38,856 nt of DNA from Myxococcales bacterium (GTDB taxonomy: Bacteria > Myxococcota_A > Polyangia > Palsa-1104 > JAEUJZ01). The notes beneath the pieces were generated by a model. The model was not told where the DNA came from and ran no database searches. It was given only the letters and a program-made list of their open reading frames with translations. The DNA lies in contig JAVQWY010000014.1 in assembly GCA_033578775.1 (NCBI GenBank), forward strand, positions 64,001 through 102,856, in the 5' to 3' direction. This document shows, in pieces, positions 1-9,561 of this stretch (position 1 is its first letter; every line of letters starts with the position of its first letter). The translations under genes were made by a program, and so were the position numbers.

Positions 1-145
1 GAGGGCGCTGTGCCCGCTGTCCAGTGCGGCCGAGAACGCAGCGGGGTCCGTGCCGATTGGGGTAACAAGACCAATGCCCGTGATAGCGATAGCTTGCGGC
101 TCGTGGATGGTCGGCATGCCGATCCTTGGCTACCATAAAAACAGG

Positions 146-811
146 ATGATGATAGGCTCGCGTGGAATCAGTCTGTCGTTGGTCAGTGTCCTGGGGGCGC
201 TGCTTTTGGGTCCTGCACGGGCGGAGGCGCACCTGTTTGAATTCTATGTGGATGGCTATGGGGGCGGCCTCTATGGAACGCCACAGATTGCCGGTTTTCC
301 TCAGCCCAAGCCCGACACGGTGGAGGATTTTTTCCACGACCAGAGCGGCGGGTTGCTCGGCGCCCGCCTCGGCCTGGAGCTCCTACATACGGATCTCTAT
401 CTTCAGTTTGATCAGTTCTTTAACCGCATGGGCGCGGCCGGCTCGGCACTCCAGCTCATGCTTGGCTGGGACATGTGCCTGGGCAAGCGCAGCAACAAGG
501 GCCTTTGCGGGCTGCTTGGCGCCTACGGTGGGTTGGTGTTCGGCTTCCCTTACACGCCCCACCCGCCCATCGATCGATCTCAGATCGCCACCTTCGGGGT
601 CGCTGCCGAGGGCCAGGGCGGGCTAGAGTACCACGTGAACCGGTTTCTGGTGCTGCAGGCTCTGGGCACGGTGGGCTATCATTTCTTGTTTCGTACCCTG
701 CAGGGCGACGGCATCGTGGTTGCCAATGATGGCAGCGTCAGCTTCCCCACCAGCCATGGCTTCCACCTGATGGCCAAGGTCGGTATCCGCTTCCATCTGT
801 CGGTGCTATGA
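146..811 (+). CDS. secreted protein, probable outer-membrane beta-barrel
   Basis: ORF 50..811 trimmed to the ATG at 146. N-terminal signal peptide (MMIGSRGISLSLVSVLGALLLGPARAEA). Gly/aromatic-rich alternating pattern typical of OM beta-barrels. AAAAACAGG lies upstream. Confidence 0.45.
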   Translation: MMIGSRGISLSLVSVLGALLLGPARAEAHLFEFYVDGYGGGLYGTPQIAGFPQPKPDTVEDFFHDQSGGLLGARLGLELLHTDLYLQFDQFFNRMGAAGSALQLMLGWDMCLGKRSNKGLCGLLGAYGGLVFGFPYTPHPPIDRSQIATFGVAAEGQGGLEYHVNRFLVLQALGTVGYHFLFRTLQGDGIVVANDGSVSFPTSHGFHLMAKVGIRFHLSVL

Positions 812-869
812 GCGGAGCGCCGGCGCAGGAAATTTGCTTTTGGCAAATGAGGGGTCTAGCGTTTGGCTG

Positions 870-1472
870 ATGCAGCACCTGTCTGCCGCCATCGTAGGCC
901 GGCTCGAGCCGGCTGTTGTGCGCCGGGATCTTGCCACGTGGCGCGAACTGCTCGACCGGCTGGAGTCGCTGTCGCTGCTTATTAGCACCGCCGAACGAGC
1001 GCGGCGTTTGCGGGGGGAATGCGCCGCCCTTCTCGAACGGCTGGCGGAGCTGGCCCGGGCCGGCTATGCGCCCTTGTGCAGCCTACCGCCCGGCAGCTAC
1101 ATCGCCCCGGAATTCCACCAGCTGGGCCTGGAGGTAAGCGAGCAGATGCGGCGGACGCGGCGGATCATGGACTACTGCCTGCAGATCGAGACCCTGGCCT
1201 TGCTGCGCGAGCAGGCGGAGGCGGAACGCGAGCACCGGCGAAGGTTCCCTGTAGAGCTGGATCTGCTAGAGGCGCACCGCGAGGTGCTGGCCGCGCTGTA
1301 CCCAGACCGGTGGTTGCTTTTGTATGACGGAGCCATCCGCGGCGAGTTCGACACCGCCCAGGAGGCGCTTCAGGCCGGTGAACAGATGCGGGGCCGGGAC
1401 GACGAGGGGCGGCCGAGGTTCCTGGTATTCTGCCACCGCAGCCCTGCGCGTCAGGCCGCTCCGCCCCGCTGA
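870..1472 (+). CDS. hypothetical protein
   Basis: ORF 834..1472; 834 is a TTG, and the first ATG is at 870 with GAGGGG upstream. No recognisable domain. Confidence 0.35.
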   Translation: MQHLSAAIVGRLEPAVVRRDLATWRELLDRLESLSLLISTAERARRLRGECAALLERLAELARAGYAPLCSLPPGSYIAPEFHQLGLEVSEQMRRTRRIMDYCLQIETLALLREQAEAEREHRRRFPVELDLLEAHREVLAALYPDRWLLLYDGAIRGEFDTAQEALQAGEQMRGRDDEGRPRFLVFCHRSPARQAAPPR

Positions 1473-1490
1473 AGGGGCTATACTGACGGG

Positions 1491-3023
1491 GTGGCCTCCC
1501 TTGTGCCCCCCTCCATAGCCGCTGCTAAACGCCCGGTGGGCCAGCCTCTGGGGAGCGTAGTGGTGGGTTCTCTGCTGGGCAAACTCCTGGTGGCGGTGTT
1601 GGTTCCGACCGTGGCCACCTTCGCTGGTTTCGGCTTCCTGTGCCACATGGAGGCCGAGCGCGCCCTTGCTGCCGAGTTGGGTCGACGCTTGGGTGCACTG
1701 GCTGCTGCTGCGGCGGCCCAGATCAGCGAGGAGGGGGTGGCGCTGCTTGGGCCGGGGGATGAGAGCAGCCGCACCTATCGCAACCTGCGCCGCCGTCTGC
1801 TGGATCTGCGCGAGGCAACCGGGGTCCAACGCGTGTATGTGTTTGCGGCGGACCACACCGCGCGCGTTGACACCGATGGGGCGGTTATTGGCGAGCGGCT
1901 CTACACTCTTGACAGCAGCCGCGCGGAGCTCAGACTGGTCTTTGGCGGACGCACGGCCTCCTCAATGCTCTTCCGCGGGCGCGATGGCCGCCTATATATG
2001 TCGGGCTTTGCGCCGATTCAATCGGAGCCTGGCCGGGCACCACAGTTTGCTGTGGGCGTAGATGGCAGCGCCTCCCTGTATGCGGACCTGCTGGCGCTGC
2101 GGCGCACGCTGGTGGGCGTTGGCGCACTCGGGGTCCTGGCCATGGTGGTGCTGGCGGTGCTCCTGGGTCGACGTCTGGTGCGGCCGCTGGCGCAGCTGAC
2201 GCAAACGGCGCGCCACATCGAGCAGGGCATGCTCGGGCAGCCGGTGCCAGAGCAGCTGCGGCGTGGCCGGGACGAGGTTGCGGTGCTGGCCCAGGGGATC
2301 GAGGAGATGCGCCGCGGGATTGCCGCGCGGGATGAGCGCCTGCAGATGATGCTGTCGGGCATCGCGCACGAGGTGCGCAACCCCCTGGGGGGCATGGAGC
2401 TGTTTTCGGGCCTGCTGCGTGAAGAACTCGCCGCGGAGCAACCCAGTCTCGATGCTGCGCGCAGCTACCTGGAGCGCATCGAACGCGAGATCCGGCATCT
2501 TAAGGCGGTCGTCACTGAGTTCCTGGAATACGCGCGGAGGCCCGCCCCTCACTTCTCGCCCGTGGAGCTGCCGCCTCTTCTAGAGGAAGTGGCCGAGTGC
2601 GTCCGCGGGACCGCCCCGGCTGGCACTGACGTGGTTGTAGAGGCGGAGCCAGTTCCACCATGCTGGGCTGACATCACGCAGCTGCGGCGGGCGTTGTTAA
2701 ATCTGACGCACAACGCAGTGCAGGCCTGCGCTGCCTCTCATGGTCCCCATCGGGTCACCTTGGGCTGCCGGGCAGGTGGCGGGGCCGTGCAGATTAGCGT
2801 CGCGGACACCGGACCGGGTATCCCAGAGGATATTTTGCCCCGCATCTGGGCTCCATTTTTTACCACCCGCCAGCAGGGCACGGGGCTCGGGCTGGCTTTC
2901 GTCCGCGAGATCGTGGCAGATCACGGAGGAAGCATCACGGTGAACACTGGGCCGGGAGGGACCGTCTTCGACCTCTCTCTGCCCGTAGCGCCTGGCAGGC
3001 CGTCGCCTGCCGGGCAGGGGTGA
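1491..3023 (+). CDS. sensor histidine kinase (two TM segments, HAMP-like linker, HisKA, HATPase)
   Basis: GTG start. TM1 is [23 protein letters not shown] and TM2 is [21 protein letters not shown]-box is [18 protein letters not shown] boxes are [11 protein letters not shown] and [20 protein letters not shown]. The stop overlaps the downstream regulator gene. Confidence 0.85.
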   Translation: MASLVPPSIAAAKRPVGQPLGSVVVGSLLGKLLVAVLVPTVATFAGFGFLCHMEAERALAAELGRRLGALAAAAAAQISEEGVALLGPGDESSRTYRNLRRRLLDLREATGVQRVYVFAADHTARVDTDGAVIGERLYTLDSSRAELRLVFGGRTASSMLFRGRDGRLYMSGFAPIQSEPGRAPQFAVGVDGSASLYADLLALRRTLVGVGALGVLAMVVLAVLLGRRLVRPLAQLTQTARHIEQGMLGQPVPEQLRRGRDEVAVLAQGIEEMRRGIAARDERLQMMLSGIAHEVRNPLGGMELFSGLLREELAAEQPSLDAARSYLERIEREIRHLKAVVTEFLEYARRPAPHFSPVELPPLLEEVAECVRGTAPAGTDVVVEAEPVPPCWADITQLRRALLNLTHNAVQACAASHGPHRVTLGCRAGGGAVQISVADTGPGIPEDILPRIWAPFFTTRQQGTGLGLAFVREIVADHGGSITVNTGPGGTVFDLSLPVAPGRPSPAGQG

Positions 3024-3028
3024 CCCCG

Positions 3029-4402
3029 ATGGCAGACATCCTCATCATCGATGACAACCTGAGCATGCGGGAGGGGATGGCCGCGGTCATCCGGCGCATG
3101 GGACACGAAGTGCGCACCTATGGCAGCGGCAAGGAAGCGCTGGCAGCGATGGCAAAGAAAGCGGCTGACTTTGTCATCACTGATCTGCGCATGGAGGGAA
3201 TGGATGGGGTAGAGGTGCTGCGGCGGGTGCGCGAGCTGGATCCGGATTGCCCGGTACTCATCGTGACCGCCTATGGCACCGTTGAAGCTGCTGTGGAGGC
3301 GATGAAGCTCGGTGCAATGGACTTTATCACCAAGCCGTTTGCCCCCGAGGAGGTGCGGCTCAAGGTAGAGCGCGCCCTGGAGCTGCGCGCGGTGCGTCGG
3401 GCTGTAGAGCGGCTATCGGCGGAAAACGAGCACCTGCGCAGCATCGACCAAGGCCGCTATGGCGAGATGGTCGGCTCGACCGAGGCCATGCGCCGGGTCT
3501 TTGCAACCATTGAACGGGTCGCTCGCAGCGACACCGCAGTGGCCATCTATGGCGAATCAGGCACGGGCAAAGAGCTGGTAGCGCGTGCCATCCATATGCG
3601 GAGTCCGCGCGCCGGGGGGCCCTTTATCAAGGTCAACTGCGGCGCGCTCGCAGAAAGCCTGCTGGAGTCCGAGCTGTTTGGCCATGAAAAGGGCGCCTTC
3701 ACTGGGGCCATCAAGCGCCGGCTCGGGCGGATCGAGCTGGCTGACGGCGGTACGCTGTTCCTGGACGAGATCGGTGAGATCTCGCCCGCCATGCAGGTGA
3801 AGCTCCTGCGGGTGCTCCAGGAACGAGAGTTTGAACGAGTTGGCGGTGAGCAAACAATTCGCGTGAACATCAGGCTGATATCGGCCACGCACCGCGACCT
3901 GATGAAGCTCATCGAGAAGGGGCTGTTTCGTGAAGACCTCTTCTACCGCATCCAGGTTGTTCCTATCACCGTGCCGCCGCTGCGGGAGCGCAAGGCAGAC
4001 ATTCCCGACTTGGTGGCTCATTTCATTCGCCGGCTCGCGCCCCGGGTGAACCCTCAAGTGTCGGGCATCGAGGAGGATGCGCTCATGCGCCTGCTTGGCT
4101 ATTCGTGGCCTGGCAACGTGCGCGAGCTGGAAAATGTCATCGAGCAGGCCCTGGTGTTCACCGAGGGGAACAAGATCACGGTCTCGGCGCTGCCGCCGGT
4201 CTTTCGCGGTGCCGCCAGCGAAGGGGCGCTGACAGTGCCGCCGGGGCCGCTGTCTCTGCCCGAGATCCTGGATGACCTAGAGCGACAGCTTATCCTAAAG
4301 GCCTACGAACAGGCCAAGGGGGTCAAGACCGAAACCGCCCGGCTGCTCGGCATCAAGACGAGCGCCCTCTACTACAAGTTGGAAAAATATGGCATCGGCT
4401 AA
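3029..4402 (+). CDS. sigma-54-dependent response regulator, NtrC family (REC + AAA+ sigma-54 activator + Fis-type HTH)
   Basis: [10 protein letters not shown] receiver with Asp in VITDLRMEG. Walker A is GESGTGKE and the GAFTGA motif is present. C-terminal HTH is [16 protein letters not shown]. The ORF tool starts at GTG 3020, overlapping the kinase stop; ATG 3029 is preferred. Confidence 0.9.
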   Translation: MADILIIDDNLSMREGMAAVIRRMGHEVRTYGSGKEALAAMAKKAADFVITDLRMEGMDGVEVLRRVRELDPDCPVLIVTAYGTVEAAVEAMKLGAMDFITKPFAPEEVRLKVERALELRAVRRAVERLSAENEHLRSIDQGRYGEMVGSTEAMRRVFATIERVARSDTAVAIYGESGTGKELVARAIHMRSPRAGGPFIKVNCGALAESLLESELFGHEKGAFTGAIKRRLGRIELADGGTLFLDEIGEISPAMQVKLLRVLQEREFERVGGEQTIRVNIRLISATHRDLMKLIEKGLFREDLFYRIQVVPITVPPLRERKADIPDLVAHFIRRLAPRVNPQVSGIEEDALMRLLGYSWPGNVRELENVIEQALVFTEGNKITVSALPPVFRGAASEGALTVPPGPLSLPEILDDLERQLILKAYEQAKGVKTETARLLGIKTSALYYKLEKYGIG

Positions 4403-4428
4403 AGGTCCCTCAAAAAACTGAGGGTCCT
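4403..4428 (+). terminator. stem-loop right after the regulator stop (10-bp stem with one T.T mismatch, AAAAAC loop, no U-tract)
   Basis: aggtccctca-aaaaac-tgagggtcct. Intrinsic terminators in high-GC genomes often lack a U-tail. Confidence 0.35.
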
Positions 4429-4465
4429 GCGCCCTGGGTGAGACGGCAGAGGGTTGGTTTATGCA

Positions 4466-4480
4466 TGGCACAGATTTTGC
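4466..4480 (+). promoter_or_regulatory. sigma-54 (RpoN) promoter, TGGCAC-N5-TTGC
   Basis: tggcacagattttgct has -24 GG and -12 GC with exactly canonical spacing. It lies 20-35 bp upstream of the 4501 start codon and directly downstream of the sigma-54 activator gene. Confidence 0.6.
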
Positions 4481-4500
4481 TAAGATAATGGACGAAACCC

Positions 4501-5553
4501 ATGTGGATGTCCCGCATCAGCCAGATCCTGGCTCAGGCCGCCCTGGTGGCTTGGGTGGGGGGACTGGGGTCTGGGCTTCCCGTGGCGGCGCGGGCGGCGC
4601 CGGCGGCCAACCCAGTGCAGGCCCTGGCAGCCGATGTGGCCCGCCGCGAGGTCGAGCTACGTCGGGCTGAGGAGGCTCTGCGGCAGGCCGAGCGGGAGGC
4701 CGAGCGGGAGGCCGCCGACATTGAGAGGCTCAAGGCCCAACCTCCGGGTGTGGCGCGGGATCTACAGCTACAGCAGCGCCTGGCCGATGCGCAAGAGCGT
4801 GCCGAGGGGCTGTCGCGCCGAGCGGCCCAGCTGCGCCAGCAAGCGGCCCAGCTGCGCAGGGCCCGGCAAGATCTCATCCAGGCCTGCGACCGTCTGCTGT
4901 CCGACGGGGCGGTGCAGCTGGGTTCTGTGCAGCGGGTGGAGCTGCTGCGGCTGCGGGCCGTACAAGCCGAGGCGCTGGCAGCCGAGGAGTCCTGGGTGGG
5001 GCTGCAGGCAGCGGTGCGCTCGGCGCAGCGGGTGGAGGAGTCCCAGCCGGATGATCCGCGCCTGCTGCGCGAACGCGCCGACCTGCTCCGCGACTCGGCC
5101 GACAAGGTGCGCCGCGAGATCCAGCGCATTGAGCAGCGGGTGGAGGAGCTGGCCCGCCGTCGTCGCCTGCGGGAGCGCGCTGCGGCCGTCGATGAGGACT
5201 TGTTTGCCGAGCAGGTGACCAGCCGTCGCGCCAGCCTCGGCGGTGAGCGAGCTCGTGCTGCGGGTGATGGGGCAGGGAACCGGCCGGAGATCGCGGCTCC
5301 GAGCGATGGTCCTGGCCGCACTTCGGGCACCTCCTCTTCGAGCGGACAGGGGAGCTTCCCCGCCCAGATGCGCAGCGGCCTCGATCCAGCGACCATGGAC
5401 TTGCTCCGGCAAGGTGATGGGAGTGTAGACCCTGAGGTCAAGCTACAAGCGCTGCGCCGCGCACAGGCAGACCTTGAACGCATGGCCGCCGAGCTGGCCC
5501 GCCGAGCCGCCGCGCTCGACCGCCGCTCGAACGAGCTTGGGCAGGGGAAGTAG
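4501..5553 (+). CDS. secreted coiled-coil protein (Ala/Arg/Glu/Gln-rich heptads)
   Basis: Signal-peptide-like N-terminus (ISQILAQAALVAWVGGLGSGLPVAARAAPA) followed by long coiled-coil text (REVELRRAEEALRQAEREAEREAADIERLK...). The antisense 386-aa ORF was rejected. Confidence 0.55.
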   Translation: MWMSRISQILAQAALVAWVGGLGSGLPVAARAAPAANPVQALAADVARREVELRRAEEALRQAEREAEREAADIERLKAQPPGVARDLQLQQRLADAQERAEGLSRRAAQLRQQAAQLRRARQDLIQACDRLLSDGAVQLGSVQRVELLRLRAVQAEALAAEESWVGLQAAVRSAQRVEESQPDDPRLLRERADLLRDSADKVRREIQRIEQRVEELARRRRLRERAAAVDEDLFAEQVTSRRASLGGERARAAGDGAGNRPEIAAPSDGPGRTSGTSSSSGQGSFPAQMRSGLDPATMDLLRQGDGSVDPEVKLQALRRAQADLERMAAELARRAAALDRRSNELGQGK

Positions 5554-5586
5554 CCACGTGCAGGCCCCCTTGGGTATGCTGCTCCG

Positions 5587-6654
5587 GTGAACCTGCTTCC
5601 CGGCATCGCCGCACTGCTTCTGGGTGTCTGTCCTGCGGCGTTGCGGGGTGTGGTCACCGCTGCTGCCGGGCCAGAGTACGACAGCAACGCCAACCGCGCG
5701 GAGGAGGGAGGCGAGATCCAAGCACAGCCTTCGCCGCTGCTTCGCCTTCAGGCGGGGGGAAGCTTGTGGCACGCCGCCGGGCGACACCGGCTCCGGCTGG
5801 AGGCCATTGCAGGTGGAAAGGTCTTCTTGCTGCCCGCAGCCCAGGACCAGAACGTCGCTGTGATCCAACTCGGCTACGAACAAGGCGTGCAGCTTGGCCC
5901 GCTGCGGCTGGGCGGTGTCCTCGACTACTACGATGCCTTCCAGCAGGCAGCTGGCGGGAGCCTCAGCGCGCGCGATTTCCGCGCGGGCAGCACTGGCCTC
6001 CGGCTGTCCGGTGCGACCTCGCTGCCCAGGGGCCACAGGCTCGACGGGGCGGTGGATGTAGTCGGCCAGCTCTTTATGTACAAGCCCGACGGTGCCTACT
6101 CCTTCTTCAGCCCGACGCTGCAGGGACGCATCGGCTCGCAGCTGCACGCCGGCGACCCGGATCTCGGCCATGACTTTGACATTGGCCTGCACGCGCGGCT
6201 CGATTACCGGGGCTACCTCTCCGAACGCCGGGATTTCTTCCTGCAGACGGGCCTGAGCGCCGCTTGGGTTGGTCCCGTGCTCACCCAGGTTGGCTATACG
6301 CTGCAGCTGAACTTGTCCACGATCTCGCTGGAAAGCTACCAGCGTCATTTGCTATCAGCAAAGTTTGCTGTCCGCATACCAGGTGACTTCTATCTGACTC
6401 TCAAGGGACAGCTCAACCTGCTACAGGCGGCACCCACTCTGTTCGTTCCGGTGCCGACCATCGATGAGGAAAACCGCAGCCTGGTGATGGCAGACATCGA
6501 GCGGCCCTTGCCGCGGGGCCTGGCCATTTTGGCCCGCTACGCGGGCTATTTCAACGTGCCCTGGCTCGGCGGCAACGAGCCGCCCTATCAGCGGCACACT
6601 GTTTACCTCGGCGTCTCCTTCCGCCTTGAGCGCCAGCAAGCCCCAGCCCCCTGA
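5587..6654 (+). CDS. secreted hypothetical protein, probable outer-membrane beta-barrel
   Basis: Signal peptide MNLLPGIAALLLGVCPAALRG. Beta-strand-like alternating pattern. C-terminal YLGVSFRLER. Confidence 0.45.
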   Translation: MNLLPGIAALLLGVCPAALRGVVTAAAGPEYDSNANRAEEGGEIQAQPSPLLRLQAGGSLWHAAGRHRLRLEAIAGGKVFLLPAAQDQNVAVIQLGYEQGVQLGPLRLGGVLDYYDAFQQAAGGSLSARDFRAGSTGLRLSGATSLPRGHRLDGAVDVVGQLFMYKPDGAYSFFSPTLQGRIGSQLHAGDPDLGHDFDIGLHARLDYRGYLSERRDFFLQTGLSAAWVGPVLTQVGYTLQLNLSTISLESYQRHLLSAKFAVRIPGDFYLTLKGQLNLLQAAPTLFVPVPTIDEENRSLVMADIERPLPRGLAILARYAGYFNVPWLGGNEPPYQRHTVYLGVSFRLERQQAPAP

Positions 6655-6706
6655 TTCCTCTCAGGCGGATCTTGTCAGCCCCTAGAAGCTGGCATACAAG
6701 CTATAG

Positions 6707-7360
6707 ATGTCCATGGACGAGCCCCATTGGAGCCTGGACGATCAGGCGCTGGTTGCCGCAGTGATTGCGGAGCGTCCGGGCGCATGGAATGCGTTTTTTG
6801 CGCGCTTTGAGCGGCTCATCATTTCCTGCGTACGCAAGACCTTGGTTCGGCACGGGTTTCCTCCACGGGAGGAGGACATCGAGGATCTGGTGTCTGCCAC
6901 CGCACTCAATCTGGTCCGGGACGGCTACTACAAGCTTCGCGCCTTCGATGCGTCCCGCGGCTATCGGCTATCTAGCTGGGTGGGGATGGTGGCCACCCAC
7001 ACAGCCTTTGATATGCTACGACAGCGTCCAGCTGAGGTGGCCCCCCGGGAGGGGGACAAGGGACCTGCCCAGGAGGTCGTAGCTGAGGGGGTAGATCCCT
7101 CGGAGAGGGTGCTGCGTGCGGAGCAGACGCGCCTGCTGCAGGAGGCCATCGCGAAGCTGTCGCCCACCGAGCAGCTCTTTGTGCGCTACTGCTTCGAAGA
7201 TGAGCTGGAACCGGAGCACATTGCGCAGCTTATGCAGATCTCGGTCAACACGGTCTACAGCCGAAAAAACAGGATGCGCGAGAAGCTGCGGCGCGTGATC
7301 GAATCCATGGAACCCCGGGAAGAAGCCCGCGGGAGACCCCGTAACAATCGGCAGGAGTGA
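6707..7360 (+). CDS. RNA polymerase ECF-type sigma-70 factor
   Basis: Region 2 (FFARFERLIISCVRKTLVRHGF...EDIEDLVSATALNLVR...SWVGMVATHTAFDMLRQR) and region 4 (LSPTEQLFVRYCFEDELEPEHIAQLMQISVNTVYSRKNRMREKL). Confidence 0.8.
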   Translation: MSMDEPHWSLDDQALVAAVIAERPGAWNAFFARFERLIISCVRKTLVRHGFPPREEDIEDLVSATALNLVRDGYYKLRAFDASRGYRLSSWVGMVATHTAFDMLRQRPAEVAPREGDKGPAQEVVAEGVDPSERVLRAEQTRLLQEAIAKLSPTEQLFVRYCFEDELEPEHIAQLMQISVNTVYSRKNRMREKLRRVIESMEPREEARGRPRNNRQE

Positions 7361-7363
7361 TCG

Positions 7364-8002
7364 ATGCCCATCGGATTGGCCCGACACGGCGGCCTGCCCA
7401 CCCAGGACCAGAAGGACCCAGTGGACGCGAAGCTCACCTGGTTGCTCCGGCACGGCAGCCGCCTTCCCTCCCTCCCCGACTCTGACGCATCCCCAGACGA
7501 GGTCCTGCTCCGCTATGTAGAGGGCAGCCTGAACCGAGACCTGCATCAGGTGGTCGAGCGCCGGCTGGCAGATGACCACGGGGCACGGTGCCGGGTATCG
7601 CTCCTCAAGAGCGCCTTGGCAGAGAGCGAGGGACCACCTCTGCCAAAGAAAGAAAGAAGCCATATCCTTCTTTATTTTGCGAAAGGCAAGCTACACCTCC
7701 TTCGCGCCCCGCAGGCTGCCGAATCCCCAACGCCCGGTGGAACTGTTCTGATCGCCATGCCCCAGCTGGGGCCCGGGGCCATCCTTCACCTTATGGTCAT
7801 GGAGGGGGGGGTGGGCGTCCAGGTTCGCGGTCCCGGGGTCACGGGGGTCAGCCTGCGCCACGGCGCGGCCGAGCCCCTACAAGCCCATGCCGATGGAGAG
7901 GGAGGGTTCCGCTTGGCGGCAGTTGCCCCAGCGCGCTACGAGCTGCGTGTCCACAAGGGCCCTGAGGAGATCCCGCTGGTCCTCGATATCCGCACCGGCT
8001 AG
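7364..8002 (+). CDS. putative anti-sigma factor (no complete HxxxCxxC zinc motif)
   Basis: Starts 4 bp after the ECF sigma stop. EVLLRYVEGSLNRDLHQVVERRLADDHGARCR resembles the N-terminal helix of anti-sigma factors. Assignment is by position. Confidence 0.35.
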   Translation: MPIGLARHGGLPTQDQKDPVDAKLTWLLRHGSRLPSLPDSDASPDEVLLRYVEGSLNRDLHQVVERRLADDHGARCRVSLLKSALAESEGPPLPKKERSHILLYFAKGKLHLLRAPQAAESPTPGGTVLIAMPQLGPGAILHLMVMEGGVGVQVRGPGVTGVSLRHGAAEPLQAHADGEGGFRLAAVAPARYELRVHKGPEEIPLVLDIRTG

Positions 8003-8139
8003 CGATACCCGGCACGCTCCCTCTTGTCACTGGTGCCCGGATCGCCTACGTTGCAGGGACGCAACGACATGGGTGCACATGACTGCGTGATGTCCTGGCG
8101 CCGGGCGCAGCGGCGCCGGGTTGCGTGAGCTAGAAGTCC

Positions 8140-9450
8140 ATGGCCAACGTCGTGATCGTCGGTGCCCAATGGGGCGATGAGGGCAAAGGTAAGGTCGTCG
8201 ACCTCTACAGCGAGTTCGCGGACGTGGTGGTACGCTTCGGTGGTGGTGCCAATGCCGGCCACACCCTGGTGGTGGATGGGAAGAAGCTGATCACCCACCT
8301 TATCCCCTCTGGGGTCCTGCATGGCCGTGGCAAGCGGTGCGTGCTGGGAGATGGCATGGTGATTGACCCGGCGACGCTGCTGCAAGAGCTGCGGGCACTT
8401 CAGGCGGAGTCGCTGTTGTGCGACGAGCGCGATCTGGTTATCGGCGACAGCGCCCATGTCATCCTGCCGCATCACAAAGAGATCGATCGTCTGCGCGAGG
8501 AGCGTGCGGGTGCGCTCGGCACAACGCGGCGCGGCATTGGGCCCTGCTATGAGGCGAAAATGGCGCGTCGCGGGGTGCGGATGCGAGATCTATTGTACCC
8601 CGAGCGGCTTCACGAGCGAATTGCACGCCAGGTCGAGGACTGTGCGCCCCTGCTCCGCCAGCTCGGTGGCACCGTGCCAGATGTCGACGCGGTCACCCAA
8701 GAGTATGTGGAGTACGGACAGGCGCTTGCACCCTATATCCAGGATGCCAGCCGCGTGCTGCATGAGGAGATGAAACGGGGGCAGCACGTTCTGTTCGAAG
8801 GTGCACAGGGGGCCCTGCTGGACATCGACCATGGCACCTATCCTTTCGTCACCTCCTCGACAACCCTGGCCGGAGGTGCTTGTGCCAGTTGCGGCATCGG
8901 GCCCACGACCATCTCTTCGGTTATTGGCATTGCCAAGGCCTACACGACGCGGGTCGGAGCCGGGCCCTTTCCGACTGAACTGACAGGGGAGGCGGCGGCG
9001 CGTCTGCGTGAGGCGGGAGCCGAGTATGGCGCAACAACGGGACGTCCTCGCCGCTGCGGCTGGCTCGATGTGGCGGCGCTGCGTCTGGCGGTGCGCTGGA
9101 ATGGGCTCAGCGGGCTGGCGTTGACCAAGCTCGATGTGCTGTCCTTTTTGCGCCGTATCAAGATTTGTGTCGGCTACCGCCTGGAGCCGGCACCGGGCGG
9201 GTCTGGCGTGGCCGATGTGCGCGATGAGCTCCCCCTGGATCCCGACGAGCTCCAGCGGGCCGTGCCGGTTTATGAGGAGCTGGATGGCTGGGATGTGGAC
9301 CTGCGTGATGTACGCGATGTGGACGATCTCCCACCGGGGGCACGACGCTATGTGGGCCGTATCGAGGCGTTGCTTGGCATCGACTGCCACCTCATCTCGA
9401 TCGGTCCGGCGAGGGCCGAAACCATCGTGATCAAAAATCCGTTCAGGTAG
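8140..9450 (+). CDS. purA: adenylosuccinate synthetase
   Basis: MANVVIVGAQWGDEGKGKVVDL P-loop, GGGANAGHT, and full-length conservation (TTRRGIGPCYEAK, GATTGRPRRCGWLD). Confidence 0.95.
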   Translation: MANVVIVGAQWGDEGKGKVVDLYSEFADVVVRFGGGANAGHTLVVDGKKLITHLIPSGVLHGRGKRCVLGDGMVIDPATLLQELRALQAESLLCDERDLVIGDSAHVILPHHKEIDRLREERAGALGTTRRGIGPCYEAKMARRGVRMRDLLYPERLHERIARQVEDCAPLLRQLGGTVPDVDAVTQEYVEYGQALAPYIQDASRVLHEEMKRGQHVLFEGAQGALLDIDHGTYPFVTSSTTLAGGACASCGIGPTTISSVIGIAKAYTTRVGAGPFPTELTGEAAARLREAGAEYGATTGRPRRCGWLDVAALRLAVRWNGLSGLALTKLDVLSFLRRIKICVGYRLEPAPGGSGVADVRDELPLDPDELQRAVPVYEELDGWDVDLRDVRDVDDLPPGARRYVGRIEALLGIDCHLISIGPARAETIVIKNPFR

Positions 9451-9481
9451 GCCGATGGGTGCAACAGAGGGCACCTCGAGC

Positions 9482-9510
9482 TTGCGAGCAGCTAGGAGGG
9501 TACCTATAAT
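9482..9510 (+). promoter_or_regulatory. sigma-70-like promoter TTGCGA-17bp-TATAAT
   Basis: ttgcga at 9482-9487, a 17-bp spacer, then tataat at 9505-9510, about 50 bp upstream of the 9562 ATG in a GC-rich background. Confidence 0.45.
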
Positions 9511-9561
9511 CCATAGCTCGATGGCTGCCTCCCCAAGGGATAGATAGGGGATAATCTGCAC

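Noticed and set aside
4533-5693. 386-aa minus-strand ORF antisense to the coiled-coil gene
   Set aside because: Ala/Arg/Ser-dominated low-complexity translation typical of the antisense frame of GC-rich genes. The sense ORF has a signal peptide, a coiled-coil and a sigma-54 promoter, so the sense gene is real.
5761-5780. Second TGGCAC hexamer as a sigma-54 promoter
   Set aside because: The -12 GC is not at the correct spacing and the site lies inside a coding region.
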